DNA from: Sedimentisphaerales bacterium
GTDB lineage: Bacteria; Planctomycetota; Phycisphaerae; Sedimentisphaerales; Anaerobacaceae
Assembly: GCA_963708075.1 (NCBI GenBank)
Contig: OY970194.1
Span: 1,952,001-2,016,000, forward strand
Length of the DNA: 64,000 bases
Reading direction: 5' to 3'
Numbering within the stretch: the first letter of the stretch is position 1; every line of letters starts with the position of its first letter. The translations under genes and the position numbers were made by a program. Of this stretch, positions 62,315 through 64,000 are shown one piece after another. The notes beneath the pieces are model-generated. The model ran no database searches. It worked only from the letters and a program-made list of their open reading frames with translations, and had not been told where the DNA came from.

Positions 62315-64000
62315 ATGTCAGGGGCGAGCCATTCCCGCATCTTGCGGACAATTCCTGTCCTGATCGCAGCCTGCCTTTTCGCCTTCCCCGGGTACGCCAA
62401 ATACAGCGGCGGCACAGGAGAGCCGAACGACCCGTACCAGATCGCCACGGCCGCCGATCTGATCGCCCTCAGCGAGGATCCCAACGATTACGATAGGCAC
62501 TTCATCTTGACCGCCGACATCGACCTGTCGGCCTTTGACGGCAAGGACGGCCGGCCCGCGTTCCATATCATTGCTCCAGACATAGACTCGGACAAATACT
62601 ACTACCAGGGCATCGCTTTCGCCGGTGCCTTTGATGGCGGCGGGCACAAGCTCTCGCATCTCACGATCACGGGCAGCAGTTACCTCGGCTTGTTCGGCGA
62701 ATTGGCCTCCACGGCGGTGGTCCACGACCTATGGCTCGAGGACGTGAACGTGACCGGCTCGGGCGATTCCATTGCCGCGCTGGCGGCGGAGAGTCGAGGC
62801 GCGATCACCCGCTGCTACAGCACCGGCGTGGTCAACGCCACGGGCAAGGCCCAGGAGCGAGCCTACAACGTCGGTGGGCTCATCGCCTCGAACTTCGGCG
62901 ATGTGACGTTCTGCCACAGCACCGCCGCGGTCACTGGCGGAACCTATGTCGGTGGATTCGTGGGCAGCAATTGGGGAACCATCACCCGATGTTACAGCAC
63001 CGGTCCCATCCGTGGGGGCGGATCCGTGGGCGGGTTGGTTGGGGAGAACCTGAGCATTGTGGACCGCTGCTACGCCTGGGGAGCCATCATCGGGGAGTCC
63101 TATGTTGGCGGCCTGGTCGGGGAGAACTACCAGGGTTTTGTCACGGACTGCTTCAGCTCCGGGGAGGTCAGCGGCAACTGGTCCGTCGGCGGTCTGGTCG
63201 GACAGAACGGCGCTCTGACGGAGGCGGGCAAGCAGGCGACCGTGACGCGAGGCTACAGCGGTGGGCCAGTCAAGGGGCAGAGCTACGTCGGCGGATTGGT
63301 GGGGCAGAACTTCGCTGCCGTCACCGGCTCTTTCTGGGACAGCCAGACTTCGGGGCAGACCACCAGTGCCGCCGGCACCGGCGAGACCACCGCTGATATG
63401 CAGACCGCAAAAATGTTCCTCGATGCCGGGTGGGACCTCGTGGGCGAAACGATCAACGGAACGCAGAACATCTGGTGGATCAACGAAGGGAAGGAATATC
63501 CCCGGCTCAGTTGGCAAGGGATCGCAGGCATTGTCTTTATGGACATCCCGGCCGGGACGTTCCAGATGGGAGACCATGATGGTGTGGGAGCTGACAATGA
63601 GAGGCCCGTGCACATGGTCACGCTGGACGGCTTCCAGATGAGCAAGTATGAGACAACCAACGCCCAGTACGCGGAGTACCTCAATGCGGCGATGACCGGC
63701 GGTCTGATTCAAGTCGTCAACGGCGTGGTGTATGCGTCCTCGGACGTCAACCTGGCCGAGCCGTATTGCGACACCTGCACTTCCAGTCCATACAGCCAGA
63801 TCGAGTACGGCCGGGGCCGGTTCGCGGTCCGCAGCAGAGACGGCAAGCCCATGTCCGACCATCCGATGGCCAGGCTGAGCTGGTACGGAGCCAAAGCGTT
63901 CTGTGACTACTACGGGTGCCGCCTGCCCACAGAGGCCGAGTGGGAATACGCGGCCCACGGGGGGTATCATAACCCCTACTACCGGTTTCCCTGGGGCAGC
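62315..64000 (+). CDS. Secreted GLUG-motif protein fused to an FGE-sulfatase (SUMF1-like) domain; runs off the right edge
   Basis: GGAGG RBS and ATG 62315; KYSGGTGEPNDPYQIATAADL; repeated VGGLVGxN; then IPAGTFQMG, ERPVH, KYETTNAQY, RLPTEAEWEYAA, FPWG. The frame is consistent to base 64000. Confidence 0.85.
   Translation, partial: MSGASHSRILRTIPVLIAACLFAFPGYAKYSGGTGEPNDPYQIATAADLIALSEDPNDYDRHFILTADIDLSAFDGKDGRPAFHIIAPDIDSDKYYYQGIAFAGAFDGGGHKLSHLTITGSSYLGLFGELASTAVVHDLWLEDVNVTGSGDSIAALAAESRGAITRCYSTGVVNATGKAQERAYNVGGLIASNFGDVTFCHSTAAVTGGTYVGGFVGSNWGTITRCYSTGPIRGGGSVGGLVGENLSIVDRCYAWGAIIGESYVGGLVGENYQGFVTDCFSSGEVSGNWSVGGLVGQNGALTEAGKQATVTRGYSGGPVKGQSYVGGLVGQNFAAVTGSFWDSQTSGQTTSAAGTGETTADMQTAKMFLDAGWDLVGETINGTQNIWWINEGKEYPRLSWQGIAGIVFMDIPAGTFQMGDHDGVGADNERPVHMVTLDGFQMSKYETTNAQYAEYLNAAMTGGLIQVVNGVVYASSDVNLAEPYCDTCTSSPYSQIEYGRGRFAVRSRDGKPMSDHPMARLSWYGAKAFCDYYGCRLPTEAEWEYAAHGGYHNPYYRFPWGS

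Overview
GC-rich bacterial window, probably from an anaerobic planctomycete of the Phycisphaerae/Sedimentisphaerales type. This is an inference from the GLUG-domain protein starting KYSGGTGEPNDPYQIATAADL, the many Tat-exported sulfatases and oxidoreductases, and the PQQ-like propeller proteins. From left to right it holds: a >2000-aa Gly-rich autotransporter (minus strand, runs off the left edge, absent from the ORF track); a stand-alone GMP synthase ATP-pyrophosphatase subunit; two Tat-exported sugar-modifying enzymes; a sigma54-driven five-gene redox operon (small Cys-repeat protein, NuoE/HydC-like, NuoF/HydB-GltD fusion, NuoG/HydA-N-like, glutaminase-less FMN glutamate-synthase domain) with an adjacent two-component system; amidohydrolases; a 155-bp ISAs1-like MITE; secreted glycan- and sulfate-processing proteins; DUF488, rubrerythrin, mscL, DUF481 and a giant DUF748 protein; a Mod-type ABC transporter with two binding proteins; and a GH-A-like and a GLUG/FGE-domain protein. 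The best candidate for an undescribed system is the HydABC-like/GltD/glutamate-synthase-domain operon. Five genes (possibly six) carry frameshifts, three of them inside the identical decamer GATGAGAACC, which points to motif-specific and possibly modification-linked sequencing errors. All product calls come from motif recognition by eye, not from database searches.
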